From: a virus | Direction: 5' to 3' (one strand) | Virus record (IMG/VR): IMGVR_UViG_3300025117_000061 | Location: 1-64,000 of that record | DNA length: 64,000 bases | Part shown: piece by piece, positions 8,069 through 17,882 of the stretch | Position numbering within the stretch: position 1 is the first letter of the stretch | Layout of the letters: each line of letters starts with the position of its first letter | Made by a program: the position numbers and the translations under genes | The notes under the pieces: model-generated | What the model was told of the DNA's origin: nothing | Seen by the model: the letters and a program-made list of their open reading frames with translations, nothing else | Databases searched by the model: none

Positions 8069-9613
8069 GTGCCAGTCTACTATAACGACATAGATCCAAT
8101 CTCATGTGCAGTGACCAGAGAGCTAATTCAGGACGGGCTATTGCCGAAAGGATACGTGGATGAGCGACCAATCCAGGAAGTACAGGCAGATGACCTTGTG
8201 GGGTACACTTGGGCATCGTTCTTCAACGGCTTCGGGGGGTGGGTCCACGCCCTTGAGCTTGCAGGATGGCCGAGAGATCGACAAGTTTGGCTCGCGTCCT
8301 TGCCATGCCAGCCATGGTCTTGCGCCGGCAAAGGAGAAGGGGAAGCCGACGAGCGTCATTTGTGGCCCGTCTTCCGCGATCTCGTTGCTCAGTGTCGCCC
8401 TGACTTCATCCTTGGGGAACAGGTGCCGGGAGCGGTTGGGAAGGGTTGGCTCGATGGAGTACGACATGACTTGGAAAATCTCAACTTCGCCGTTGGGGTG
8501 GTCGTACTCCCAGCTTGCGGCCAGGGCGAGGAAGAAGCCATTCTTGTACTTGGGGAAGACGGCTTGCGGGAGAAGAGTGTTCTCGTCGGGCCACCCCACA
8601 TCCGACAACGTTTATTTTGGGGAGCTGTGCGGGTGGCAGACGTGCAAGGCTCACGATGGGGAATGGAGTTCTCCAAGGACGAGCGGAAGACCCATAGAGA
8701 AATCGACGCACCTACAGACTCAGGTTCAGGCTTGTCTGGCGGGATGGCCGACTCCGAAAGTTCAGGAAGCGGAATCCAAGGAGAGGCCAAGTCGGGCGGC
8801 AACCGGACGGACTACGGAGTACCTGGGGAGACAGGTTCAGGGATGCGTCCTAACGGGATGGAACACAACCAGAGCGACAGACTGCACGAACGGGGGGCCG
8901 AATCAGGCGGGCGGTGCGCTGCCGGCGGATGCTGCGATGATCTGCGGATACCCAACGCCGAGAACGATCACGGGCGGCGCGGAGAGTACGGAGAGGAAGC
9001 AGGAGCTTGGCAGGACGGAGAGCGGCGGCGGGGACTTACAGGCTGTTGTGTGCTTGATGGACGGATGGAGAACGCCCAACGCTCAGATGATCGAGCCGAA
9101 GGGCAATGTGACGAAGCTCTGTTGTCGGACTCCGCAAGACCCACAAGTGGGATTGGCGGATCAAGTTGTGATGGTTCAGGGGTGGTGCTCACCAATGGCG
9201 CAGGACCACACGCGGGGGACGGCTCCACCGCGCCCGCAAGACTCAGGGGTCCCACTCAGTCAGCAAGTATCTGGTCTGACTATACCATCGTCACCTGCCG
9301 AGACCGAACCAAGGACGGAATCCCCAAAGCCAGGCGCATCCCAAGGCAGATTGAACCCGGCATTCTCCGCTGTAGCGCTGATGGAATTCCCTATGTCGTT
9401 TCTTCTCTCGGCTCACCGGGCAATCCTGAAATACAACGTTGCGAAGAAGGCCGCGAAGAAGGGGAAGTCTCCACGTTCCCGCTCAGCCCCAAAGAAGCGT
9501 GGCAAGGAAGCAGAGTCGGGCTGTTGAAGCTGGCCGGGAACGCAATCAACTGCAAAATCGCGGCTGAGTTCGTGAGAGGATTCATGGAGTGTATCAACAG
9601 CGACGCACAATAA
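8069..9613 (+). CDS. DNA (cytosine-5) methyltransferase, catalytic frame
   Basis: FNGFGG (motif I), PCQPWS (IV), EQV (VI), HIRQR (VIII), GNAI (X). Confidence 0.9.
   Translation: MPVYYNDIDPISCAVTRELIQDGLLPKGYVDERPIQEVQADDLVGYTWASFFNGFGGWVHALELAGWPRDRQVWLASLPCQPWSCAGKGEGEADERHLWPVFRDLVAQCRPDFILGEQVPGAVGKGWLDGVRHDLENLNFAVGVVVLPACGQGEEEAILVLGEDGLREKSVLVGPPHIRQRLFWGAVRVADVQGSRWGMEFSKDERKTHREIDAPTDSGSGLSGGMADSESSGSGIQGEAKSGGNRTDYGVPGETGSGMRPNGMEHNQSDRLHERGAESGGRCAAGGCCDDLRIPNAENDHGRRGEYGEEAGAWQDGERRRGLTGCCVLDGRMENAQRSDDRAEGQCDEALLSDSARPTSGIGGSSCDGSGVVLTNGAGPHAGDGSTAPARLRGPTQSASIWSDYTIVTCRDRTKDGIPKARRIPRQIEPGILRCSADGIPYVVSSLGSPGNPEIQRCEEGREEGEVSTFPLSPKEAWQGSRVGLLKLAGNAINCKIAAEFVRGFMECINSDAQ
8160..9527 (+). 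CDS. Overlapping-frame MTase partner polypeptide (TRD-like repeats plus motif IX)
   Basis: 455 open codons inside the MTase gene; six GW/Y-x-T/S-P-like repeats then GRLNPAFSAVALMEFP. Confidence 0.65.
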   Translation: MSDQSRKYRQMTLWGTLGHRSSTASGGGSTPLSLQDGREIDKFGSRPCHASHGLAPAKEKGKPTSVICGPSSAISLLSVALTSSLGNRCRERLGRVGSMEYDMTWKISTSPLGWSYSQLAARARKKPFLYLGKTACGRRVFSSGHPTSDNVYFGELCGWQTCKAHDGEWSSPRTSGRPIEKSTHLQTQVQACLAGWPTPKVQEAESKERPSRAATGRTTEYLGRQVQGCVLTGWNTTRATDCTNGGPNQAGGALPADAAMICGYPTPRTITGGAESTERKQELGRTESGGGDLQAVVCLMDGWRTPNAQMIEPKGNVTKLCCRTPQDPQVGLADQVVMVQGWCSPMAQDHTRGTAPPRPQDSGVPLSQQVSGLTIPSSPAETEPRTESPKPGASQGRLNPAFSAVALMEFPMSFLLSAHRAILKYNVAKKAAKKGKSPRSRSAPKKRGKEAESGC

Positions 9614-9648
9614 CCCCCACGCACATGTGGGTTGAGAGGGGAGATGAG

Positions 9649-10287
9649 ATGACACTTAAGGACAGAATCCTGAGAGCTTGCAAGGCTGATTCAATTCCAG
9701 AAGGCGAATCCGGGTTGTGGTCGGTCAACAAGTTTGTCGCAGAGACGGACATCCAAGGATTGAGAGGAGACAAGGAGGAACTACTTCCGGCAGGCAATTA
9801 TACCTACCTTCGCAGGCTTACCACGGGGACGATGCACCGAAACCCGCCCGGCGAAATCGTCATGGAGGACACGGACGTTGAACTGCTGAAGCACATGAAC
9901 TTTATGCTCAAGGTTTACGGTCGAGTCTTAGTGACGGGTCTTGGCCTGGGCTGTGTAGTTCGCGGACTTCTCATGAACCCCGCCGTTGAATCCGTCGTGT
10001 GCATTGAGAGATCTGCCAACGTGCTCAAACTCGTTCGGGACTACATGCCGAAAGAGCGGTTGACCGTTATTCATGCAGACGCCCTTGAATGGACCAAATC
10101 AAACAGTGAGCACTTCGACTGTGCGTACCATGATCTTTGGACCGACCGGGAAGCTGGCGAGCCTCACTTGCAAGTTTGGCACGGTAAGCTGTTAAAGTAT
10201 TGTCGCAACATAGCGAAGCTTCAAGGTGCTTGGGCTTTCCCTCATCAACTCAAGCGAGCCTATGGGCGCCACATAGAATTGGCGTAG
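9649..10287 (+). CDS. class I SAM-dependent methyltransferase (spermidine-synthase-like fold)
   Basis: VLVTGLGLG, VCIE, IHADA, FDCAYHDLW. Confidence 0.8.
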   Translation: MTLKDRILRACKADSIPEGESGLWSVNKFVAETDIQGLRGDKEELLPAGNYTYLRRLTTGTMHRNPPGEIVMEDTDVELLKHMNFMLKVYGRVLVTGLGLGCVVRGLLMNPAVESVVCIERSANVLKLVRDYMPKERLTVIHADALEWTKSNSEHFDCAYHDLWTDREAGEPHLQVWHGKLLKYCRNIAKLQGAWAFPHQLKRAYGRHIELA

Positions 10288-10302
10288 GAGGGAAAAGACG
10301 TC

Positions 10303-10587
10303 ATGAACACATGGCCCAATGGCTACAGACACGCAATGGATCAAGACGAACATGAGCGGTGGAATTCGTACAACTACCCAGGCACTCGGCAACTCTGTGT
10401 CGAGTGTGACGAGCCCACCGGACGATGTGAGGACGATTCGATTTACACTGAGGATGGGCATGGTCCGCTTTGTTTGGAATGTTGGCACCAGACTGATGAA
10501 TCCGAGAAGGATGGCCGGCTCGACTGGCGAAAGAAGCATCAGGGGTTTGCGATTGTTGGAGTTGTTGGCGAGAAGAAGGAGGGATAA
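10303..10587 (+). CDS. zinc-binding hypothetical protein
   Basis: CVEC...CLEC. Confidence 0.6.
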   Translation: MNTWPNGYRHAMDQDEHERWNSYNYPGTRQLCVECDEPTGRCEDDSIYTEDGHGPLCLECWHQTDESEKDGRLDWRKKHQGFAIVGVVGEKKEG

Positions 10588-10591
10588 AATA

Positions 10592-10921
10592 ATGAGTAAC
10601 GCAAGCCGAGAGGCAGCCAAGACCATGTACGAAGCCTATCGCGCCCAGATCGCAGAACTGGCCCCGGCATGTTACCGGCGCTTGGAATTCGAGGAGCTGA
10701 AGCCGGCCATGAAGAGTGGTTGGCTTGCCGTGGCGCATGAGGTCGAGCAGCGCAACTACCAGCTTCTCAACGCCGTTCAAATGGCCTACCGTAAGCACCA
10801 CCTGGGCGACGAGTCTATCGGGTGGGAAGAACTGGGGAATGTCCTCCTTGACGCTCTTTGTGAGGCCATGGGAGATGATGGGTATCAACGATGGGTCGAG
10901 AAAACAAAGGAGGAGGGTTGA
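10592..10921 (+). CDS. hypothetical protein
   Basis: GGAGG SD. Confidence 0.6.
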   Translation: MSNASREAAKTMYEAYRAQIAELAPACYRRLEFEELKPAMKSGWLAVAHEVEQRNYQLLNAVQMAYRKHHLGDESIGWEELGNVLLDALCEAMGDDGYQRWVEKTKEEG

Positions 10922-10924
10922 CCA

Positions 10925-11161
10925 ATGAAGCTATCAGAACTAATCGCAGCCATTGGCGATGACAATGTGTTTGTCCAGAATTTGGCCGACAACGTGGTGA
11001 ATGCTACAGCCACGAAGAGCCGGGGCGACAAGGTAACATTCATGGCCCCGACCGGGAAGGGGGTGGCACTGGCGACTTGTGCCTTGACCGGACACAAACC
11101 CGAGTGGGTGGGGTTGGTTCTTTGGATTTCGAGAGACAAGATTCCGGAGGATATGAAATGA
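10925..11161 (+). CDS. hypothetical protein
   Basis: GGAGG SD. Confidence 0.6.
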   Translation: MKLSELIAAIGDDNVFVQNLADNVVNATATKSRGDKVTFMAPTGKGVALATCALTGHKPEWVGLVLWISRDKIPEDMK

Positions 11162-11440
11162 ATCAGGTAGTTATAACGTCAACAGAACATATCGTCGATT
11201 TATCAGAAGACGCGACCCGCATCGAGCGCGAACGGTGCCTCAAGATTTGTGACGAGGCGGTGGTAAATAGCTGGAGGTTTGCGGGCCTTTTTTTGGGGGA
11301 TGACCGATGAGTTCTTGCCAATCGTGATCGGGAATGTTTGGGAGAATCTCGAGCTTCTTGGGGGCGATGAAATTTCCTCTTGACATCCCATGACACATAC
11401 ATTAATGTTTACACATTACATCGGAAAGGGAGGTGATTGA

Positions 11441-11632
11441 ATGAAGCAAAAGGCTATGGCGCGGACTCAGCTCTGCATTCCAGAAGATCTCAAGGATTGG
11501 CTTTTGGGCCATGCTCACTCCAAGGGCATGAGCATGGCTGAACTTGTCAGGAAAATTGCGGGTGATTTCATGGCGAAGGAAAAGAAATGGGAAAAAGCAA
11601 AGCAAGGAGGGTCGATAAGTGAGAGAAGATAA
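11441..11632 (+). CDS. ribbon-helix-helix (Arc/CopG-like) regulator
   Basis: RTQLCIPEDLKDWL...GMSMAELVR; TTGACA promoter at ~11380. Confidence 0.75.
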   Translation: MKQKAMARTQLCIPEDLKDWLLGHAHSKGMSMAELVRKIAGDFMAKEKKWEKAKQGGSISERR

Positions 11633-12053
11633 CGGGATTGCTTTCTGTGTGTGCCCGGTATGCTGGACCAAGTTTGATCCTCCAGAGTTGGGCGATAACG
11701 AGCATGGAATCATCAACAAAACGTGGTGCTGCTCAGAGGGATGCGCCAAACAAAGAGATACCAATGTCAAAACATTAAGACCGGCACATACTCTATTGGC
11801 TCTCAGGCGTCAGCCGTTCGAGATGTCAAATTTAGAGCACAGGGCCGTGGTTGAGAATGCAATTGGGAAACCACTTAGGCGAACCGCGCCCGTTCATCAT
11901 GTCAATGAAAACAAGCGCGATAATTCTCCGTCAAATCTGGTCGCTTGCGACAGTACGGCGTACCATCATTTGCTACACCGGAGGCAACGAGCCTTTTATG
12001 CCTGCGGAGATCCCAATAAGACGCTCAACACAAGGACCGGAAGATGGGAATAA
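11619..12053 (+). CDS. HNH endonuclease with N-terminal Cys cluster
   Basis: EHRAVVENAIG...VHHVNENKRDNSPSNL. Confidence 0.8.
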   Translation: MREDNGIAFCVCPVCWTKFDPPELGDNEHGIINKTWCCSEGCAKQRDTNVKTLRPAHTLLALRRQPFEMSNLEHRAVVENAIGKPLRRTAPVHHVNENKRDNSPSNLVACDSTAYHHLLHRRQRAFYACGDPNKTLNTRTGRWE

Positions 12054-12113
12054 ATGGCAGACTCGGATTCAACCGGGTAGTGGTATTCACGCGGGAACGG
12101 AAGGAGGGCGAGA

Positions 12114-12329
12114 ATGGCGTGCTTATTGAATCACCACAAGGTCTTAAACGAAGCGGGTGAGGGCAAATGTTCGGTCCCGATGTGGCAAGGGGGAATGCCA
12201 GCCGGTTTTTGTGACATAGTAGCTTATGGGAGGCAGGAACCAAAACAGCGTAGATATGACGGATACTGCCCTGCCTTGGCTTGTTATGGGCATGGTGGGC
12301 CGCTTGAACGGAAGGATGGTGAAAAGTGA
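12114..12329 (+). CDS. Cys-rich hypothetical protein
   Basis: SD and coupled ORF. Confidence 0.55.
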   Translation: MACLLNHHKVLNEAGEGKCSVPMWQGGMPAGFCDIVAYGRQEPKQRRYDGYCPALACYGHGGPLERKDGEK

Positions 12330-12583
12330 GCGAGCACAAGACGAGGTTTGAGATCGGTGAAGAGGTGTTTACGGTACGAAACGATGACGAAATGGTGAGG
12401 GGGGAAATCTCATGGCGGAAAATCGTTACCAATGCCGGTAATGATTCGGTGGAATATTGCATCGTTGGACGGGCTTCATGGACTGCGGATGAATCTCGCG
12501 TCATGACCCGTTCCGAGGCCATGGCTTGGTACTGGAAAAAAGCCACGGACGATTTCATGGCCCTGTTTGGAGGCGCGCGATGA
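12326..12583 (+). CDS. hypothetical protein
   Basis: KTRFEIGEEVF N-terminus, GTGA overlap. Confidence 0.6.
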   Translation: MSEHKTRFEIGEEVFTVRNDDEMVRGEISWRKIVTNAGNDSVEYCIVGRASWTADESRVMTRSEAMAWYWKKATDDFMALFGGAR

Positions 12584-12762
12584 AGATCATCTTCAAGCGC
12601 AACGCCAACGACCGCGAAATGTGGGACATGATCACAGAGGTCAAGTCCCAGGGGAAACGCACGGTATGGGCCACGATCCATGAGGACTTTTTGCCTGGAA
12701 CATACGAGGATCGGTTGGACACAAACGAGGTCGTTTTGATCGCCGGGGTGGATGATGACTGA
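12580..12762 (+). CDS. hypothetical protein
   Basis: ATGA overlap. Confidence 0.5.
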   Translation: MKIIFKRNANDREMWDMITEVKSQGKRTVWATIHEDFLPGTYEDRLDTNEVVLIAGVDDD

Positions 12763-12932
12763 TTATTCCCGCGAGAAGCATGAGGCATTACGAGACCAAG
12801 ACCAGCCACCGATCAATCCGAGATACTACCGGAGATACGCCGACGTGGTTGACCGCATGGGGGTGTGGTGGTTGGAAGAGAAGGTGTTGGAGTGGGATCA
12901 TCCTGAGACTGTGCCGAGAAGGAGGGGAGTCA

Positions 12933-13439
12933 GTGGGCGTAGAGAATAAGTACCCGATTTATAGCACATCTGCAACGTGGATCGAGAAGGGCATGGATCA
13001 CCCAAACAGCACATCTTTCCAGACCATGTTCCCAATCGGTACAACTATTGAGGGTGCCCGCCAAGATGCCATTCGGTGGTGGGATGCCTACCAGGAATCC
13101 ACTGGATGGAACAAGGACAAGCCCCCTCTCGGTGACCGGCTTATCGGATTGGTGTCCATTGAGGTGAGATATGTAGAGCATGAATCGTGGGTATCGGGAT
13201 GGTTTCAGCATATCACGAGGAATGTTCATTTGTCAGACGATGAAATATTGCAGTCGTTCTCCGATTTTGTGTCCAGAAAAACACGTCAAAACATAAGGAA
13301 TGGCCACGAGTCCACGGACACGAACTTCGATAGCAAGCTTCCGTATCATTGCCTGATGGGGGCCGAAGACGAATGGCGGTGGAAACTTTGCCGGTGTGAG
13401 CACTGTCAAAAACGAGGGGTGGTCACCATTGACCATTAA
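12933..13439 (+). CDS. hypothetical protein
   Basis: SD; C-terminal CRCEHC. Confidence 0.6.
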   Translation: MGVENKYPIYSTSATWIEKGMDHPNSTSFQTMFPIGTTIEGARQDAIRWWDAYQESTGWNKDKPPLGDRLIGLVSIEVRYVEHESWVSGWFQHITRNVHLSDDEILQSFSDFVSRKTRQNIRNGHESTDTNFDSKLPYHCLMGAEDEWRWKLCRCEHCQKRGVVTIDH

Positions 13440-13454
13440 GAAGGAGGGGAGAGC

Positions 13455-14336
13455 GTGAATGAAGAGAGGCAGCGATTCATAGGCGGGTCAGACATTGCGG
13501 CCATCTGTGGGTTGTCTCCCTGGAAGACAGCCTTTCAGGTGTGGCAAGAAAAAGTGGGGGAGTCTGAGGGGCAATCTGACAACGATGCCATGGCGTATGG
13601 TCGGCTCATGGAGTCTGTAATTCGTCAATGGTACAGCAACGAGACGGGAAGAGTGGTTGTCGTTCCAGATACGAAATTGATTCACCCGAAGTACCCGTTC
13701 ATCTGTGCATCTCTGGACGGGATAGCCGATATGAAGCGGATAGTTGAGATCAAGACCACGCGTAGCGGATCTGATTGGGGCGAGCCCGGAAGCGATGAGA
13801 TCCCAGTGTACTATCGGCTTCAAGTCGAACAGTATATGATGATTACCAAGCTTGAGGTGGCAGACGTTCCAGTCAGTGTTGCTGGGTCCATCCCTGTAAT
13901 TTACGAGGTAGAGGCGGACATTGAAATTCAAGAGATGATCGTTGAGCAGGCCGTCTTGTTTTGGGGGATGGTGCAAAGGAGAGAACCTCCTGAGTTAGTT
14001 GGCATTCGGGATGTTGTCGCCAAGTTTGGCCGGTCATCCATGGCGGGATTGGTGACGGCTACGCAAGACACGGAGATGGCAGTTGCTAAGATCAAACAGA
14101 TTCGAGAGGAAATAGACAAACTCAAGAGCGAAGAGGATGCCTTGAAGTTCCTTGCCATGAAGGAAATAGGGGAGAAAGACACTTTGACGGCTATCAACGG
14201 AAGCCTCCTAGCCACGTGGAAGATGTCACGAAGCGGGAAGAAGTTTGACGAAGCGAGTTTCAAGAAAGACAATCCAGAACTGTACGCGAAGTATCTAAAC
14301 GATAAACCTGGGTCCAGGAAATTTTTACTGAAATAG
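13455..14336 (+). CDS. YqaJ/lambda-exonuclease-like recombination nuclease
   Basis: RQRFIGGSDIAAICGLSPWKT...ASLDG...VEIKT...QVEQYM. Confidence 0.9.
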   Translation: MNEERQRFIGGSDIAAICGLSPWKTAFQVWQEKVGESEGQSDNDAMAYGRLMESVIRQWYSNETGRVVVVPDTKLIHPKYPFICASLDGIADMKRIVEIKTTRSGSDWGEPGSDEIPVYYRLQVEQYMMITKLEVADVPVSVAGSIPVIYEVEADIEIQEMIVEQAVLFWGMVQRREPPELVGIRDVVAKFGRSSMAGLVTATQDTEMAVAKIKQIREEIDKLKSEEDALKFLAMKEIGEKDTLTAINGSLLATWKMSRSGKKFDEASFKKDNPELYAKYLNDKPGSRKFLLK

Positions 14337-14347
14337 GAGAAAAACAC

Positions 14348-15382
14348 ATGAATGAAGTAGCTAATCCATACGGAAACATTGCCGTAACGACTCCGCAAAG
14401 AACCGGAATGGCCGTTGATGTCGAAAGTGCAAGAGCAGTGGCAGAGGTTCAGGCCATGGTGCTCATGGCCAAGAGGTTTCCTAGAGATCCCATTCAGGCC
14501 ACCGAGCGAATCTTGAACGAATGTCAGCGCCAAGGATTGGCAGAAGTGGCTATTTACAGTTACGCAAGGGGTGGCACGGACATTGCTGGCCCATCCATTC
14601 GCCTTGCCGAGGCGATTGCAAGAGCGTGGGGCAATCTTGATGTCGGGGTCAAGGAACTTTCTCAATCCAATGGTCAATCCGAGATGATGTCATATTGTTA
14701 TGACATGGAAACAAACGTCCGGCACGTGAAGCTCTTCACCGTGAAGCACGAGAGGTTTACCAAGAAAGGGTCCTACAAACTCGAAGACCCAAGGGACGTG
14801 TACGAGCAAACCGCAAACCAAGCCGCAAGGCGCCTTCGAGCCGTTATCTTGGCGGCAATCCCAGGAGACGTGATAGAGGCTGCGGTGTCTCAGTGTGAGC
14901 AGACCTTGAAGGCCAAGGCCGACACATCTCCCGAAGCCGTAAAGAAGATGGTTGAGAAATTCTCGGAGATCCAAGTTACGAAAGATCAGATCGAAAAGAG
15001 AATCCAGCGTCGAGTGGACGCCATAACCCCGGCTCAGATCATATCTCTCCGTAAGGTATACAACTCCATCAATGACGGGATGAGCGTGGCTTCTGACTGG
15101 TTTGAAGTTGTGGACGCATCGGAAACCCCGATGGATAATCTTAAGACTGGTACTGAAAAGGCCAAGGAGGCCTTGAAGCGTGGCCGCAAGCCCAAGGATC
15201 AGTCCACAACCGAGCCTACGGGAATTAAGGCAGAACCGGCAGTCGTGGTTGATGAGCCCGACGAGCTGGTTGATTGCCCAAACGGGGACCGGATGAAGGC
15301 GAGTTACTGCAACCAGGGATGCTCAAGCCGCGAAAACTGCCCGGCATGGCCCGAACGCGAGCCCGGTCAAGACAGTGAATAG
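14348..15382 (+). CDS. putative recombinase/annealing partner of YqaJ
   Basis: Directly downstream of YqaJ; AKRFPRD...GPSIRLAE..WGN motif. Confidence 0.6.
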   Translation: MNEVANPYGNIAVTTPQRTGMAVDVESARAVAEVQAMVLMAKRFPRDPIQATERILNECQRQGLAEVAIYSYARGGTDIAGPSIRLAEAIARAWGNLDVGVKELSQSNGQSEMMSYCYDMETNVRHVKLFTVKHERFTKKGSYKLEDPRDVYEQTANQAARRLRAVILAAIPGDVIEAAVSQCEQTLKAKADTSPEAVKKMVEKFSEIQVTKDQIEKRIQRRVDAITPAQIISLRKVYNSINDGMSVASDWFEVVDASETPMDNLKTGTEKAKEALKRGRKPKDQSTTEPTGIKAEPAVVVDEPDELVDCPNGDRMKASYCNQGCSSRENCPAWPEREPGQDSE

Positions 15383-15401
15383 TACAAGGGAGGGACATCC
15401 A

Positions 15402-15863
15402 ATGTCGGTAATTCCAGAATTTGGAGACAACATCACCACGTTTCAACTTGGGTCGCTCATAGAGAGAACCGGGAAGGCACTCCAACAGCTTCCAATGGCA
15501 TCAATCAAGAACGCTGAGGAGTATGCCGTAGAAGCCATCCAGGGGCTTGAAGGCAGGTTAAAGGCCACGCTCCAATACTTGCAGACCTTTGAAGCCAAGG
15601 TTAATGAGATCGAGAGAGAGGCTTATGAGGTAACTGAGGCCGCATATTCCAAGATGTACGAGCATCGCAAGCGGCTTGAGAAGAAACTTTCCGAGCTTCC
15701 AAAGGTCGAATTCCCCAAAAACCTGAACCTCTATGAGCTCAAGAATTTTCTGGATGTAGCCGACAAACTCTGCGCTATGTCTGATCGTTCATGGGAGCGT
15801 CTTGTGAAAATCATGGAACTGTATAACCAAAGACCCGACTCGGTTGTACCAGAAACGGAATAG
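15402..15863 (+). CDS. coiled-coil hypothetical protein
   Basis: Helical charged composition. Confidence 0.6.
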   Translation: MSVIPEFGDNITTFQLGSLIERTGKALQQLPMASIKNAEEYAVEAIQGLEGRLKATLQYLQTFEAKVNEIEREAYEVTEAAYSKMYEHRKRLEKKLSELPKVEFPKNLNLYELKNFLDVADKLCAMSDRSWERLVKIMELYNQRPDSVVPETE

Positions 15864-15909
15864 CCAACCACGCAATGGCCGGGTCACCACGACCGGCCAA
15901 GGAGGGGAT

Positions 15910-16890
15910 ATGTTGAAGCTTATTGCAGTAGTAACGCCAACGTTTACATACCTGAGCGATTCGGAAGAAAACAGGAATTCACTTAGAACGTCAATTGAAA
16001 AGATGGAATTTGACGGAGCAATTCCACTTTCAACGTTTCATCCCAAGTGGGTTCGTGTAAATCACCTGCCAAAAAATATTCAAGAATGGAAGGCACAGCC
16101 CAACATCAACAAGCGGTGGGAACTCAAAGACAAAGATCTCGCTTCGGACAAGATTCCCCTTGTTCTGTTGCCGGAAGACGTTGGTGAGTACCGTGACGAA
16201 GAATATGATTGGCACTGGAAGGAAGGAATGGACACGTTGAGACCGCTCTATGAGATGCTGTCCGATCCTGCTCCACCCGCGCTGATTAATGTGCCATTCG
16301 AAATCGTTCAACGCATTGATCTTGACGATGTGATTGACTTCAAGGGTTTTAGCTACCCGGTAAAGCGCGACGGGATATGGGACAAGAAAACTACTCCGGT
16401 GACCGACAAAGATGTGAGCCATCAACTTCTTGATCGGATACTCTTCCCGGAAATTGTCCTGGCATCCAGACCGTGCAAGCTTTCATCGAGAGACAGTTAC
16501 GATATCGTCAGGTGCCATGTCCAAAACAACATCGACCCCAAGTATGCCAAGATTACCTCGGACTACGATTTTTGTTTCGCCGTGGAGAAATTGCTTCGAT
16601 ACCACGAGCCGATCCAGTACCAATATGACGCTAATTGGGCCAAGAAACGAGCGAGGCCCAAAATGGTAACGTCATATCGCCAACATCGAACCATGAAGGT
16701 TTTTGAAATGACATGGAGTCCGGAGAACTACAAGGGCTATTCGCCCATCCAGGGATTCCAGGGAGATAGCCATGAAGATCTACACGCCAATATTGAGGCA
16801 TACTTGACGGCACTTATACACGAGATCAACAAACCGATTATGGATTGCCCTACGTGTAAGGGATCTGGCGTAATTGTTGATCCACAATAA
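15910..16890 (+). CDS. hypothetical phage protein with C-terminal CxxCxGxG
   Basis: CPTCKGSG at C-terminus; strong SD. Confidence 0.7.
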   Translation: MLKLIAVVTPTFTYLSDSEENRNSLRTSIEKMEFDGAIPLSTFHPKWVRVNHLPKNIQEWKAQPNINKRWELKDKDLASDKIPLVLLPEDVGEYRDEEYDWHWKEGMDTLRPLYEMLSDPAPPALINVPFEIVQRIDLDDVIDFKGFSYPVKRDGIWDKKTTPVTDKDVSHQLLDRILFPEIVLASRPCKLSSRDSYDIVRCHVQNNIDPKYAKITSDYDFCFAVEKLLRYHEPIQYQYDANWAKKRARPKMVTSYRQHRTMKVFEMTWSPENYKGYSPIQGFQGDSHEDLHANIEAYLTALIHEINKPIMDCPTCKGSGVIVDPQ

Positions 16891-16906
16891 GGAGGGGAAT
16901 AAACAT

Positions 16907-17164
16907 ATGGATCTAATTTGCCCGTATTGTGAAGCCAAAATGGAAGATCCAGACGATAATATTAACCACAATGTTTCGGATCATGAATGGCGATGTGGCT
17001 ATTGCGATAAAAATTTCATTTTCAGCGTGGAGTATGAACCGATTTACACCTCACACCAGGTGCCTTGTTTGAACGGTGAGCCTCATGATTATCAACCGGC
17101 AACGAACGTCAATTATGTGATTTGTCGGCATTGTCACAAGGCAAAGTTGAAGGAGGCAATATGA
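16907..17164 (+). CDS. zinc-ribbon protein
   Basis: CPYC..CGYC..CRHC. Confidence 0.65.
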   Translation: MDLICPYCEAKMEDPDDNINHNVSDHEWRCGYCDKNFIFSVEYEPIYTSHQVPCLNGEPHDYQPATNVNYVICRHCHKAKLKEAI

Positions 17165-17228
17165 GAAAATCCCAAACAGAAGCCCTGCAAGCCGCGCTGG
17201 TCGAGTGCTAAAAAAGGGGGGGGATAAC

Positions 17229-17465
17229 ATGGTGACACGTGATCAACATCGCAAATTTGGGGACGCCTTCCTGCAATCCATAATCGAATGGATCAAAGAA
17301 AACATCGAGCCGGACGAGGTGTTTGGTGAAGAGGCGATGGAGGCCGTCAAGAAGCAATGGTGTAAGGACTATGCGAGCACTCACTTTGCGCCCTGGGAGC
17401 TTTTTGCTCGTTCCGATTTGGAAGCGTGGGCAGAAGATGAGGGATTTGTGGAGGCCAGCGAATAA
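17229..17465 (+). CDS. hypothetical protein
   Basis: Poly-G SD; internally repeated acidic motif. Confidence 0.6.
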   Translation: MVTRDQHRKFGDAFLQSIIEWIKENIEPDEVFGEEAMEAVKKQWCKDYASTHFAPWELFARSDLEAWAEDEGFVEASE

Positions 17466-17477
17466 GGAGATGGGGAT

Positions 17478-17882
17478 ATGCCAAGCAAAGTCAACGACCC
17501 AATGACTGCGGAGAAGTTCAGGAAAGAGCTTCAAAATATAATGCCTGGGTATAAGTGGACGATCCGCCGGGGAAGTCGCATTTATAGATGTCCCGAAATT
17601 ACCAGTTTTGGAGCAACCGGCATACAGTCGGCAGGATTCAATCGGATTTCCACTTTGGAAGTGATTTACAGGAAGAAGGACGGGAAGGTCGAGTACGAAG
17701 TGAAAAGCTCCGGTTTTGGCGTGAAAGCGCCGTGGGGTCATGAATGCACAAGGGAGACGCTTGCTCGGGCATTAAGGGGTTTGCAGGACCACTATGAGAA
17801 TCAATCATGCCATTACGGAAGGCTCGCATCGGACTTGGAAGCGGGCAGAAAAAAGTCGGAGGATATAAATGGCAAAAAGTGA
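17478..17882 (+). CDS. hypothetical protein
   Basis: AAGGAG SD. Confidence 0.65.
   Translation: MPSKVNDPMTAEKFRKELQNIMPGYKWTIRRGSRIYRCPEITSFGATGIQSAGFNRISTLEVIYRKKDGKVEYEVKSSGFGVKAPWGHECTRETLARALRGLQDHYENQSCHYGRLASDLEAGRKKSEDINGKK

Noticed and set aside
9595-9640. ATAACCC...GGGTTGA mini-stem as another attC
   Set aside because: Lacks the terminal GTT box; too short to support.
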